From positions 69,455,970 through 69,504,431 of the forward strand of contig NC_057711.1 of the NCBI RefSeq assembly GCF_004010195.1: a stretch of 48,462 nt of DNA. The letters run 5' to 3'. The position numbers and the translations under genes are program-made. The stretch comes from Chiloscyllium plagiosum. Lineage: Eukaryota. Shown here piece after piece: positions 25,400 to 37,522 of the stretch (position 1 is its first letter; every line of letters begins with the position of its first letter). Below the pieces are notes generated by a model. The model had not been told where the DNA came from. It saw only the letters and a program-made list of their open reading frames with translations, and made no database searches.

Positions 25400-26330
25400 G
25401 CCTAGGGTGCGATGTCTGTGATGTGCCACAGGGGTCAGAGCTGAGGCCTCAATATTTTACAATTTCTAAAAGTAACATTGCTGAAGGGTCTAAATTTCCT
25501 GATGTCATGAAAGAGGTAGGAAAGTACATTGTGAAAAGAACATAAAGAGGCTATAAAGGGATATGAATACAGTGAACCATAGAAACATTACAGCACATAA
25601 GGAGGCCATTCAGCCAATTGTATTTAACTGAACTGCATCTGCTGAATAGATTAGGACTCCCTTCTAATCCCACGTCCCAGCTCATGGTCACTTTACAGAC
25701 AAAGATCTGGGATGTATAAAACATGAACTTGTCAATTTTCACAAATGGCGAAATTGCTGGGCTTTCAGATGCAAAATGATCTCTGTCCCCTCATGCATGA
25801 AGCACAAAACACAAGCATACAGATACAGTAAGTAATTAGGAAAGCCAACAGAATGTAATAATTCATTGAGCGGAATTGAATACAAAAGTTAGGTTTCCTC
25901 TATGTAGAACACTTGTGAGTATACATTCAGAGCACTGTGAGCAGTAATAGTCTCCTTATACAAGGAAAAACGTAAATGTACTGTAAGCAGTTCAGAGAAA
26001 AATTACTAAACTAATACTAGTAATACAAGAGTTGTTGTTTAATAAAAGATTTGTCAGTCAAGGTTGAATCCATTGGAGGCCAGAATAATAAGAGGTGATT
26101 TGATTAAAATGTGGGATCTTGACAGGGTAGATGTAGAAAATATATTTCCTCTTGAGGGAGAATATAGATCTAGGGATCACTGTTTTAAAGTAAGGCACCA
26201 TCTATTTGAGATGGAAAAAAGAAAATTTGTTTTTCTCACAGAGGGTTGTGAGTCCTCGGAATATTCTCAAAATGTTCTGGAAGGATAGATATGAGGAATG
26301 AATGATTTTTTGACTGGAGAGAAGTGTATC
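25400..26330 (+). mobile_element. CR1 LINE RT C-terminus and 3' region, decayed
   Basis: gtgccacaggggtcagagctgaggcctc (VPQGS.L.P) and IIRGDLIK..LDRVDVENIFPL. Confidence 0.75.
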
Positions 26331-27116
26331 TTGAGATCCATCTCAAATTAATATTGAATTTCTTTTTCTAATAATGACTTGGACTTCAGACGGGGAGCGT
26401 AAGTTTGAAGTTTGCAAAATAGTGAGGATAATAGTAGACTTCAGGAGACATAGACAGTCATCACATAATTAAGTCTAAATTAAAATTAGCCAGTGAGCTT
26501 AACATCTGTCATAGGGTAAATGTTAGAATCTGTTACTAAAGATGTTAAAACAGGGTATTGGATAAGTTCAATGTAATCAGGCGGAGACAACAAGATTTTG
26601 TGAAAGCAAAATCGTGTTTAACTAATTTATTGGAGTTCTTTGAAGAAGTAAATTGTGTTGGAGATAAGGGAAAACTTCACTTCGATTTCTACAAGGCACT
26701 TGAGAAGATGCCACATCAAAAAATATTGCAGAAATTAAAGTTCATGTTGTTGTGGGTATCGTATTGGCATGGATGGGAAATGTTCTGGCTGACAGGAAGC
26801 TGACAGTAGGAATAAATGGATTTTTTAAAGGCCAGAAGGATATCATGATGGTCTGCCAGAGGGATCAGTGATGGAGCCTCAACTCTTTACAGTTTATACA
26901 AATGATTAGGATGAAGCAACTGAAGGTATAGTAGCTACATTTGTTGATGTTACAAAGGTAGGTAGGTTGAGAGCAGACAGTAGCACAGTGATAATGTTGC
27001 TGGACTAGTAATCCAGAATGGAGAAAGTGAGGACTGCAGATGCTGGAGATCAGAGCTGAAAATGTGTTGCTGGAAAAGCCCAGCAGGTCAGGCAGCATCC
27101 AAGGAACAGGAGGATA

Positions 27117-27144
27117 GACGTTTCGGGCATAAACCCTTCTTCAG
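27117..27144 (-). ncRNA. Minimal hammerhead ribozyme motif, intact core
   Basis: Minus strand reads CUGAAGA-A-GGGU-UUAU-GCCC-GAAA-CGUC: CUGANGA box, 4-bp helix II, GAAA, palindromic ACGU helix III and a GUC cleavage triplet. Confidence 0.7.
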
Positions 27145-27185
27145 GAATGAGGAAAGTTTGTCCAGCAGGCTAAGATAAAAGGTAG

Positions 27186-27362
27186 NNNNNNNNNNNNNNN
27201 NNNNNNNNNNNNNNNNNNNNNNNNNNNNNNNNNNNNNNNNNNNNNNNNNNNNNNNNNNNNNNNNNNNNNNNNNNNNNNNNNNNNNNNNNNNNNNNNNNNN
27301 NNNNNNNNNNNNNNNNNNNNNNNNNNNNNNNNNNNNNNNNNNNNNNNNNNNNNNNNNNNNNN
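27186..27362. other. Assembly gap (177 N)
   Basis: Run of N. Confidence 1.
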
Positions 27363-28589
27363 CTTTTCCAGCAACACATTTTCAGCTAGTAATCCAGAAT
27401 ACCAAGCTAATGCTCTAGGGACAAATGGGTTTGAATCCCAGAATGGAATTTGGTGAAATTTCAATTCAATAAAAATTAGGAATTTAAAGCTGGCCTTATG
27501 ACAATGACATAACCATAGTCAATTTTCATTTTAAAAAAACCCATCTGGTTCACTTATATCCTTTTTAGGGAAGAAGATTTATCATCTTTACCTGGTCAGG
27601 CCTACATGTGACTCCAGACCCACGATAACATGATAGAGTCTTAATTGCCCTCTAGCGTGGTCTTAAAAAGTCACTCAGATCAAGGGGGCTCTAATGGATA
27701 GGCAATAAATGCTAGACCAGCCTTTGGCTCCTACTTCCCATGATCGAGCAAGGAAAAGAAGTGAGTTGTGAAGAGGACATAAGGAGCTTCCAAAAGGATA
27801 TAGATCGATTAAGAGAGTAGCCAAGGATCTGACAAACAGAGTATAACATGGGAAAATGTGAAATTGATCATTTTGGCAGAAAGAATAAAAAGTACACATA
27901 TTATCTAAGAGAGGTTGCAGAGCTCTAAGATGCACAGAGCTATCTGGGTTTCTTACTGCATTGATCACAGAAGGTTAATATGCCAGTACAGCAAATAATG
28001 GAATGTTAGGATTTGTTGCGAGGAGAATTGAATACGAGAGTAGAGAATCTATGATTCAGTTATGTATCGTTTGGAGACAATGCATACACAGCATTGTATA
28101 CAGTCCTGCTCATTTCATATTGAAGGGTGCTAATAGGTTGAAAACAGTTCATAGAAGGTTTACTGGACTAATCCCTAGAATGAGTTGTTAGACCTGTATT
28201 CTCTGGAGCTTAGAAGTGTCAGAGTTGACTTAATTGAAAACATAAGATCCTGAAGGGATTTAACTAGGTGGATATGGAAAGGGTGTATTAACTTGTGGGA
28301 GAATCTAGAACTCGGGGTCATAGTTATAAAAAAAGGGTCACCTATTAAAATCAGAGGAAAATAATTTCTGAGGGTTGAATTTTTGTAATTCTCTCCCTCA
28401 AAAGATATGGAATTGATGTATATTTATAAGGCAGAGGTAAACAGATACTTGATTAACGAGGAAATGAATGGTTATTGGGGAATGCAGGATTGGTGAGTTG
28501 AGATTAAAATCAGGTCAGTTATGATTTTATTGAATGGCAGAGCAGACTCAAAGGACCACGTGGCTGACTCTTGTTCATATGTTTTTACG

Positions 28590-29370
28590 AGAGTAATGCA
28601 AGTAAATGTAAAGGAATGCATTTTAGGAGGAAATACACAAAGTGTAATAAGCACATGAGATCATAACAAATAGGATAGACCTTTTGCTCTCTCAAGCCTG
28701 CTATGTTATTCATTAAGGTTGTGGCTGATTTGATTGTGACCTTAACTCCACTTTGCTGCCTGCTGCAATAACCCTTGTCTACCTCATCAATCAAAAATCT
28801 AACGCGGCCTTGAACATGTTTAATAACCCAGTCTCAGCTGTTCGACTGGAAAAAGAATCCTGAATGTAAATAATCCTCAGAGAAGATATTCCTCCTCAAC
28901 TCTCTTTTCAGTGGGAGACCCTTTTGTTTGAAACTGTGGAGAATATGTTTATCAGAATGATTAAAGGGATGAAGGACCTCAGTTTTGCAGAAATTGTTGA
29001 AGCTGGAATTCTTCCTGTTATAGCAGAAAAGGTTAAGAGGAGACCTGATAAAAGCATTCAACATTATGGGAGGTTTTGATAGAGCAAGTTTAGAGAAGTT
29101 TATTTTTTAGGTAAGTGGTTATAGAATTAGCAAAAGAAGTAAAGAGGAAATTAGATTTTGTTTTTGTTTACGGTGGATTGAAGTAAAGAGGGAAGCATAC
29201 CAAATGAATTTTCAAAAGGCAGTTGGGACACCTAATTAAATACAATGCATTTGCAAGTTGTGGAGAAAAACATGAGTTATGGGACTACAGTAGGTGGGTC
29301 TTTTGATGAACCAGCCCAGAAACCTTGAACCAAATGGCCTCCTTATATGTTGAAAGATTCTGTAATTCAA
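28590..29370. mobile_element. Cluster of CR1 3' fragments in both orientations
   Basis: Antisense tail at ~28650-28930 and plus-strand RLRGDLIKAFNIM..FDR at ~29030, with tail to ~29370. Confidence 0.65.
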
Positions 29371-29605
29371 TATGCACATGTGTAGTGCGTATGACCACAC
29401 ATAATAATTCCAGTAATCTTAGCTGCTGCTTCCTCTCAGCATTTGGCAAGTTTATTTTGATTTGTAACCAAAATCAGTCCTCTTATTTCTACCAAGCTAT
29501 TTTCCCCTCAAAATACACTGACAAATCTTACACCTTTCTTTTAGAAGCTACCCGGGTCATGGTCTTGCAATTCTGATTATTGGATGTATTTTTTTCTATT
29601 GTTAG

Positions 29606-29745
29606 AGAAAGGATTCAACAGCAACTGAATTCACAGAAGGTTCTACTAGATCTTCAAAGCAAAGAGTTGGAGGCATCTGAGAAAACAACTTCAGGAAGCA
29701 CACGAAAAGGAAAGTCTGCAACCACAGGCTAATTCAATAATGTTT
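29606..29745 (+). CDS. Candidate host exon encoding a coiled-coil segment (possibly frameshifted, or a terminal exon)
   Basis: Acceptor tttttttctattgttag|. Reads ERIQQQLNSQKVLLDLQSKELE, then either ASEKTTSGSTRKGKSATTG* or, one base shifted, HLRKQLQEAHEKESLQPQANSIMF with a possible donor at gtatga. Confidence 0.4.
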
Positions 29746-29915
29746 GTATGAGTCAGAACAAGACATCTCATTTTAATTATTCTAACATTTTCCTCTATGG
29801 TATGCCCCAAGCATGGAAAGAATGATCAGAGATTCGTTTGTCTGTTTCTCCATCCCATACAGTGTGCAGATACAATCAGTCTGGATGGCTTTATATCTCA
29901 AAGGCATTTAAAACA

Positions 29916-30044
29916 AGAATCAACATTTCAGGCAAAAGCCCTTCATTGGGAATGATGAAGGGAGTTTGCCTGAAACGTTGATTCTCCTGCTCCTCAGATG
30001 CTGCCTGACCTGCTGTGCTTTTCCAGCACCACATTCTCGACTCT
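29916..30044. mobile_element. PLE terminal-repeat unit with short hairpin and degenerate hammerhead motifs
   Basis: agaatcaacatttcaggcaaaagcccttcat / atgaagggagtttgcctgaaacgttgattct inverted pair, followed by gatgctgcctgacctgctgtgcttttccagcaccac. Confidence 0.75.
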
Positions 30045-30419
30045 TGTTGGTAGCAGTTCGTTGGTAGGCAGCCTCCACGTAAAATTAGTGCTGAGGCATG
30101 GAGCAATGTTTTTGAGGCAGTTGACCTTAAATTGAACATCTCATGGAATTTCCATATTTATTTTAATTCATACGTGAGATGTGAACATCATTGGTAAGAC
30201 CATCATTTGTTCCCCATTGTCCTGAGAATTCATTGGTGGTTGTCTTCAATTTCTACTATCCATGTGGGGAATACTAACAGTGCATATACAAAACAAGGTT
30301 CAGAGTTTGATAGTGAAGGAAGAACGATATAGTTCCAAGTCAGAATTATGTGAGTCTTGGAGGGGAAGTTTAGTTGATGGTGGTGATGTATATTTTGTTC
30401 CACAAATCCAGATGACACA

Positions 30420-31110
30420 AGTTTCTGTACAATGGTAGATGCTTTATTATCAGACAGGTGGCGAGAGATTCAAAATGTCCCCAAAGTAGCCGTGAGTCTA
30501 CTTGTAGTGACACCTCGCCATGAATTTCTGCCCCACATCAAAGACAGTATTTTTTATAGGGATTAAACGAAAAGTTTATCAGTCACATGGTTGATTGTCA
30601 TTACATAGTTTATGATAGGTAATTATGAATTTACAAAACCCAATGAATGGTGATGTCCTGTGATAACTTGTGAATGGATTACAAGGACTTCTTCATGATC
30701 ATGTGTTGGTGAGAAGAGATTAATACAGAAGGGTTTTGCCTGTTCTCAATGTGAAATTCACATACCTATGGAGGGGAAGTAAGACAATGGGAGCAGGAGG
30801 CAGTTTAATAGGGTTGTGGCCAAGGCTTTCAGTCTTGTCTGAGAAGGGCAAATACTTCTGTCTGAGGCTACAGGAGAAATCCACATGTGTGGCTCCATTG
30901 GATTGCTTTTCTGAGATACAGTCATCCTTCCCCCTACTGAGATGTTCTGTCTGTATCGTAAGAGTACAGGCTTTCAGTTGATACTGCAGTTAAGTCCTTT
31001 AGTCGTGGAATGTTTAACCCTTGAGTCCCCAGTGTGTCCTGAAAGTGAAGTAAAGCATGGAACTGACCCCTCTGTGGCATTTTAACTTCCTCAATGGTAG
31101 TCTCATGCAT
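30420..31110 (-). mobile_element. Probable PLE 3' remnant inside a family B LINE fragment (30165-31260)
   Basis: IEEVKMPQRG...DTLGTQGLN (ORF 30934) resembles a GIY-YIG C-terminus. The flanks on both sides are antisense family B sequence. Confidence 0.45.
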
Positions 31111-31539
31111 ATGTTGTCCTTGTCTTTCTAGATGGCAGAGGTCACAGGTTTTGAAAGTGTGGTCAAACGGAACTTGAATTGCTGCAGTGCACATTGGACC
31201 AAGAGTGTTGCAGTATTGGCCCAATTTGTTTTTTCAATACAAGGGTATAGCATGTTCAAATCATGGGGCCACTTGCATTATTGTAGGTCATACTTCATTT
31301 TAATACAAGGGAAACTCCACATTGTTTAGGACATTGTAGAATTTACCCTCTGGTTTGGAAGGGAAGGTGTTGGAATGGATGTGGCTAAGTGGGGAATGAC
31401 CTTTGGTGACAGAGACATTATTACTATTGAAAATACATGTCAAACTAGTCTACTGGAAAGAAGGATTTGTTTCGAAGGCTACAGACATCAGCAATGACCT
31501 TTCTGGGAGTCTCAGTCTCTTGAGGTACCGATGGAAAGT

Positions 31540-32990
31540 AAAAGCTCGTGATGTAGGGGATAACATATTTGCATAGAAAGAAGATTTGCTCGTTAACAGG
31601 AAGTAGTAAGTTGGAATAAATGTGTATTTTTCAAGCTGTCAGGATTTCATGAGTGGTGTGCCGAAGGTCAGTGCTGGGGCTTCAACCTTTACAATTGATA
31701 TAAATTATTTGGATGAAGGGGTAAAATGTAAGGTAGCTACCTTTCTAGATGATAAAAGATAGGTAGGAAAGTACGTTGTGAAGAGGTTATAAGGAGCCTT
31801 CAAAGGAAGGTAGATAAGTTAAATGAGTGAGTCAAGATCTAGCAAACAGTGTGCAATTTAGTAAAATGAGAAATTGTCCATTTTGGCAGAAAGAATAAAA
31901 AATGCATATTATCTAACTGATTAAAGGTTGCAGAATGATGAGATGCAGAGAGATCTATAAGATATCTCACTAGATGTCCTAATGCATGAACCACAAAAAA
32001 ATAACATGCAGGTAGAGCAAGGAATTAGGAAAGTTAATAAAATATTGTGGGTTATTGCAAGGGGGATTGGCTATGAAAGAAGAGAGGTTATGCTCCAGTT
32101 ATACAGAGCATTGGTGAGACCACACCTGGAGCACTGTGTACAATACTGGTCACCTTACTTATAGGAAGATGTTTATGCATTGGAAGAAGTTCAGGAAAGG
32201 TTTACTGCATTAATAACTGGAAGAAGAGGATTGATTTATGAGGAAAAGCCAGACAGACTAGGCCTGTATTATCTGGAGTTCAGAGTCAGAGGTGACTTAA
32301 TTGATACATGTAAGATCCTGAGTGGACAACAGGATGGATGTGGAAAGGATGTTTCCTCTGTGGGAGAATCTAGAACTAGGGCTTACAGTTTAAAAATAAA
32401 GGGTACCCATTTAAGACAGACATGAGGAAATATTTATTCTCTTGGAGGGTTGCAAATTTGAAATTCTTTTCTTCAGAAGACAATGGAGACAGAATCTTTA
32501 AATATTTTTAAGGTTGAGATAGATAGATTCTTGATTACCATGGAGATGAATGATTATCCTACATATGCAGGAATGTAGAATAGAGTTAAAAATCAGATGA
32601 GCCTTGATCTTGCTGAAACATCTAGGATTCTTAAGGAGCTTGACAGGGTAAATGCTAAGAGGATGTTTCCTCTCAGAATAAAAGGGTGCCAATTTAGGAC
32701 TGAGATGAGGAACAATTTCTTCTTTGAGAGAATTAAGTCTTGGAACTCCTTGCCATGGTGCAGAATCCTTATGTATATTTAAGGCTGAGATAGACTCTTG
32801 ACCAGTAGGAGAATTGAGGGTTACAGGGAAGTGAGTAATGTCAGATCAGCCATTACCCTCAAGGAGGCCATATGGCTTACTCCAGTTCCTATTTCTTATG
32901 GTCTTATGGAATGGCACAGTAGGCTCGAAGAGCCAATTGGCCCACTCTTGGTTTTTGTTCGTATGTTTGTATGGTGCTTTGACATGTTAT
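31540..32990 (+). mobile_element. CR1 LINE 3' portion with a second tandem tail
   Basis: MLQLYRALVRPHLEHCVQYWSPY and RVRGDLIDTCKIL, then a second ILKELDRVNAKRMFPL segment from ~32610. Confidence 0.85.
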
Positions 32991-35816
32991 GAGAACTGAT
33001 CTGCCTATAGACTCTGCTTTGGGAGTGTGGTTTCTGTCCAGTTGAATTGCAGTGTCCTTTTCCTCTACCCTGTGGAATGATATGAGGGTGAGATGAAGCC
33101 AGCCAGTGTTGTTTGCAGTATTGCTGTGCCCTTGGCAGTGGTATTGCCCTTCCTGTTACCTGTGGTCAGACATGCAAGATCAGACTGTATGATCTGTTCC
33201 AATGCTGTAGTGAAGGCTGATAGCAGTGAAGTACAACCGAAGATGATTGAAGTGCTAGACAGGTGAAGTGCCTTCCAAGAGATTGGCACTGAAGCCGTCA
33301 TAACATTCTCCGAGATGAGTGCAATGAGCAGCAGCCTCTCTTCTCGTAACAGCTGGAGCTCTTCAATTTCACTGACACCTTCTGAGCTTGTCAGTTTCAC
33401 TAAAGTGGCTCTTCTTGTTGTACACTTGCTTCAGTGACCTTGGTAAGGTGCTGATATCCCTCGAAACATGTGGCCTGCCAAGGAAATACAGAGTTTGGGA
33501 CTGAAATTTTTGAGAGTTCTCATTGGTTGCTAATAGGATTTGAATTGATAGAGGTATTGCCATGGAGGATGCATCAGTTAATGATTGACCGTAAACTTTA
33601 ATTTATCTTTAAATTTTAAACAAGGCAGATTGACTCTGATTAGTCAAGGCATAACCTGAGAAATGAACAGCCAATGGTCACCCATTTAATTGAATTGAAA
33701 CAGGCAGAGAACAGAAGCCAAGAGTAAGTCAACACTGCCAGGACTACAGCTGGCTTTTAAGGTATAACAGCTTCTCCTTGAAATGGACATATGAAAAGAC
33801 AGCATGTTTGAATTATGCAAAGGAAACAAAACAGGAAACTGAGCATACAGCACAGACCCTTGAGAAAAAGTAGCACCTACATCAGAGTATTCTATTTAAA
33901 GTACTTGATCATATTCTGGAGTTATATCTCCATGCTAGAGCAAATGTTGCATGATGCAGATGTAGGATGAAAAATGAGTATATCTATCTCCTTGATTTTT
34001 CCAGTGGACAAATATATGTGAAAAAAAAATGTCACAGTTTTTACTTTTGGTAACAGCATTCCAGTATGCAATTCAGGGAATTAATTTTACAGTGTTGGTG
34101 AGGTTTCACCCAGAGGAATTACAGTTTCTGGAGACTTAAAACTAAGCCAAATCAAACAGGTTTTTTAGAAACAGAGAGTAGATTTTAAAATGTTCTTTTT
34201 TTTTCTCGCTGCCTCCTTTATACTTTACCTTTTGCTGAATTTAGTTTCAACTATGAGTTGATTTTGTTGGGCCAGTCTCCATTTATTGTATTCTTTGTTT
34301 ATTTGCCCTGGCAGTGTTGAGTTATTTTTGGCTTCTGGCCGATTTGATGTTAAACTTTATAATGAAAAGGATTTTTAATTGTGCTGTGTAATTTAGAGGA
34401 GTACAGGAGGGATCAGCAAACACAGATCCACATGTCATTTCATCATACCTGTCACCACCCAAAGACTTGCATTCAAGCCTCTCAGAGGACTTCTGTCCTC
34501 AATATCTTCATTTCACAAAGCTGGCTGCTGTGACTTTGTGGCAGTAATCTGCACGCAACATCTGCATCAAGAATAGCTCTTCCTGTTCAGGGGAAAATTA
34601 CCACATCATGAAGCTTTCAAGCTACTGTAAGCTCCCAAATAAACACATGAGGCTGCTGCCACATAAGCCTCCCTACAATGCACATATGCATCAAAGGATA
34701 GTCAGCCATTATAATTTAAGTCATGTGCCATCATTATTTTCTCTTCAATTGGAAGCATTAGTGAAATATGTTACACAGCTTTCACAGTATAGTAAGATTC
34801 CCCTCCAATGAAACAGTTGGCCTTTGAAGGGCAGAGGTTTGCATTTCATTAATGTTTAAGTCATATCTGACCACAGAAGTACCACTCCACACATCAGTGC
34901 TTGTTACTAAGGAACCAATCATACACTTTAATTGAACAGTAATATGTAGTAATACCATTTAAATGGGAAATGACACTCAGGTAATTGTCCCAACCAGGAC
35001 TTTCCTCTGCATTCATGGCTGCTGACCCAGATGATAACGGACCTTAAAGACAGTGAGAGACTAAATAGAGGCAAGGAGGTGTTGTGACAGGGGAAATACA
35101 AGGCAGCTATCTATGAAATGATACCCAGAATGGGACAGGAAGGGATAAAACACAGGAGCAAATAGGATCAAAGGAGAAAAAATATTGTAAATAAGTAACT
35201 CTTTACTTAAATGCATGTCATACACAGAACAAAATAAATTAACTAATGGCCCTAATAGGGTTTAATGAATATGATTTTACAGCCATTACAGAGACATGGT
35301 TATGAGTGACCAAGCTGGGAACTAAATATTCAGAGGTATGTGACTTTGTGAAAGGACAGGCAGGATTGAAAGGACAGTGGGTTAGCTTTGTTAGTGTATG
35401 ATAGCAAGAAATGATCTTACGTTGGAAAGTATAGAATCCATGTGGGTGGAGGTAAGAAATAGCAAAGGGAATAAAACACTGATAGGAATAGTTTATAGGT
35501 TCCCGAACAGTAGCTATTCACTTGAACTAAATCAGGATAATAAGGACATGTGAAAAAGACAGTATATTAATCATGGATGACTTTAATGTTCACAAAGATT
35601 AGAAAATTAAATTTGCAGTGGTTGGTAAAAACAGACGTAATTAACTATATTTGTTACAGTTTCCTTGGATTTGTTGTGGATTCAATGAGGGACATGTCCA
35701 TTTTGGATCTGGTAATGTGTAATGAAGCATGTTTCACAAATAATCTCAGAACAAAATATTCCCCAGAAAAAAGGGGTGGAATTTAGCTTTCAGTTTGAGA
35801 ATGAGGAATTTGGTTG

Positions 35817-37522
35817 TAAGCTTGCTCGCTGAGGATACTCGTGATAATGGGTCTCATGTCTTTTGGTAGCTAGTTGGTGTTTATGTATCCTGGTATTACA
35901 AAAGAGAAGGAGAATGACAACAGACTCCCATTCCTAGATGTCACAGTAGAATGAACAGTTAATGGAGAATTTCAAAGCAGTGCTTACAGAGAAGAGAAAC
36001 AACACACACAGACCAAATATTACAGAAGCAATCATCCCAACACCCACAAATGGAGCTGCATCAAAACATTATTTCAATGAGCTACAACACACTGCAGCAC
36101 CCAAGAACAACGAACAGCCAAAGGAAAATACCTACATAGCGTACTCAGGAAGAATGGGTACCCAATAAACACACTAGGCAAAAGTGAGGACTGCAGATGC
36201 TGGAGATGAGAGTCAAGTGTGTGGTGCTGGAAAAGCACAGCAGGTCAGGTAGCATCCGAAGAGCAGGAGAATCAATGTTTGGGGCAAAAGGCCTTCATCA
36301 GGAAGTTTCTGAGGAAGGAGATGTGGCTGTGGTAGCAAGTCTATTTCAGGATGTGGCTGAAGAGGTTCAGGGTAGAGGAGATGACCTGGGGGTTGCAGTG
36401 AGAGAGAGAGACTCACTGAGATCCTTGTTCAGAGAGGAGGAGAACCTCTTCAAGGTAGGCATCTTTGGAAGAGGCTTTGGAGTGAGTTTAAAAGCAAATA
36501 GGCGAAAGTGAGGACTACAGTTGCTGGAGATTAGAGTCGAGAGAGTGGTGCTGGAAAAGCACAGCAGATCAGGCAGCATCCAAGGAGCAGGAAAATCGAC
36601 GCTTCAAGCAAAAGCCCAGTCGAGAGAGTGGTGCTGGAAAAGCACAGCAGATCAGGCAGCATCCAAGGAGCAGGAAAATCGACGTTTTGGGCAAAAGTCC
36701 TTCATCAGGAATCAGTCCTTCATTCCTGATGAAGGGCTTTTGCCCAAAACATCGATTCTTCTGCTCCTCAGATGCTGCCTGACCTGCTGTGCTTTTCTAG
36801 CATCACATTCTTGACCCAATAAACACAGTCCGCTGATTTCTCAACAACAAACCCAAACAAGCAGATACAACGCACCCAGAAACTCCACCCACATTACCTT
36901 ACATCACAGACATCTCTGAAATGATTTCCAGACTATTCAGAAACCCTTGGCATCATCGTAGCCCACAAACCTACCAACACACTTAAATAGCGGCTAGTGA
37001 ACCTAAAGGACCCCATACAAACAACCAGCAAAACAAATGTCATTTACAAAATACCGTGCAAGGAATGTAACAAACACTACATCGGACAAATAGGCGGAAA
37101 ATTAGCCACAAACACAAACTAACTACCAAAAGATATGACCCACTATCACTAGTTTCCTTACATATTGACGAAGTTGACACCACTTTGGCTGGGGCAACAC
37201 ATCCATTGTCGGATAAGCTAAACAGAGACACGTATGGGAATTCCTAGAGGCCTGGCATTCTAACAGGAACTCCATCAATAAACACATCGATTTCGACCCC
37301 ATTTACCAAGCTTTCAGAAAAAGAACCGGATATGATATCACCCACCTTAGGAAATCAAGACATATAAATAGAAAGCAGGACATAACACCAGTGTTCCACC
37401 AGAGGCTCACTGACTATGTTACCTAGTATGTTGATGAAATGTCTGAAAACAAACCTTCCAGCTCAGTGAGCAAACTTACAACCTGAACCTCAACTTGAGC
37501 TACAAATCTTCTCAAAAATCGC
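35817..37522 (+). mobile_element. Penelope/Poseidon-type PLE (RT thumb + GIY-YIG + terminal repeat), 5'-truncated with inverted pieces
   Basis: KEKENDNRLPFLDVTVE, SNHPNTHKWSCIKTLF and GIY-YIG NVIYKIPCKECNKHYIGQ (~37035-37090). 17-bp TSD aatgaggaatttggttg at 35800-35816 and 37523-37539. Confidence 0.92.
36174..36813. mobile_element. Array of tandem and inverted PLE terminal repeats bearing hammerhead-like motifs
   Basis: Units at ~36178-36301, ~36505-36617 and ~36618-36710 in one orientation, ~36722-36811 inverted. 14-bp TSD acccaataaacaca at 36160-36173 and 36814-36827. Confidence 0.88.

Larger units (their letters stand above)
27020..27385. mobile_element. PLE terminal-repeat insert with inverted ends, spanning the assembly gap
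   Basis: 15-bp TSD ctagtaatccagaat at 27005-27019 and 27386-27400. Inverted arms agctgaaaatgtgttgctggaaaag (27054-27078) and cttttccagcaacacattttcagct (27363-27387). Confidence 0.85.
26970..27745 (+). mobile_element. tRNA-headed bipartite SINE related to LINE family B, interrupted by a PLE insert
   Basis: Head tagcacagtgataatgttgctggactagtaatccaga..gggtttgaatccc, middle cccatctggttcac..ggcctacatgtgactccagaccc, joined directly to the family B tail ggataggcaataaatgctag. Confidence 0.8.
26490..28590 (+). mobile_element. CR1 LINE (RT to 3' end) interrupted by a SINE at ~26970-27745
   Basis: SCLTNLLEFFEEV..DFYKALEKMPHQ (ORF 26558). Sequence resumes after the SINE with gtgagttgtgaagaggac, then MLGFVARRIEY and a 3' tail ending ~28590. 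Confidence 0.85.

Noticed and set aside
27141..27464. ORFs spanning the N run
   Set aside because: Artefacts of the assembly gap.
36178..36811. Repeated units as a CRISPR-like array
   Set aside because: Units are ~90-125 bp, partly inverted, lack unique regular spacers and recur as dispersed retroelement ends. The context is vertebrate, with no cas genes.
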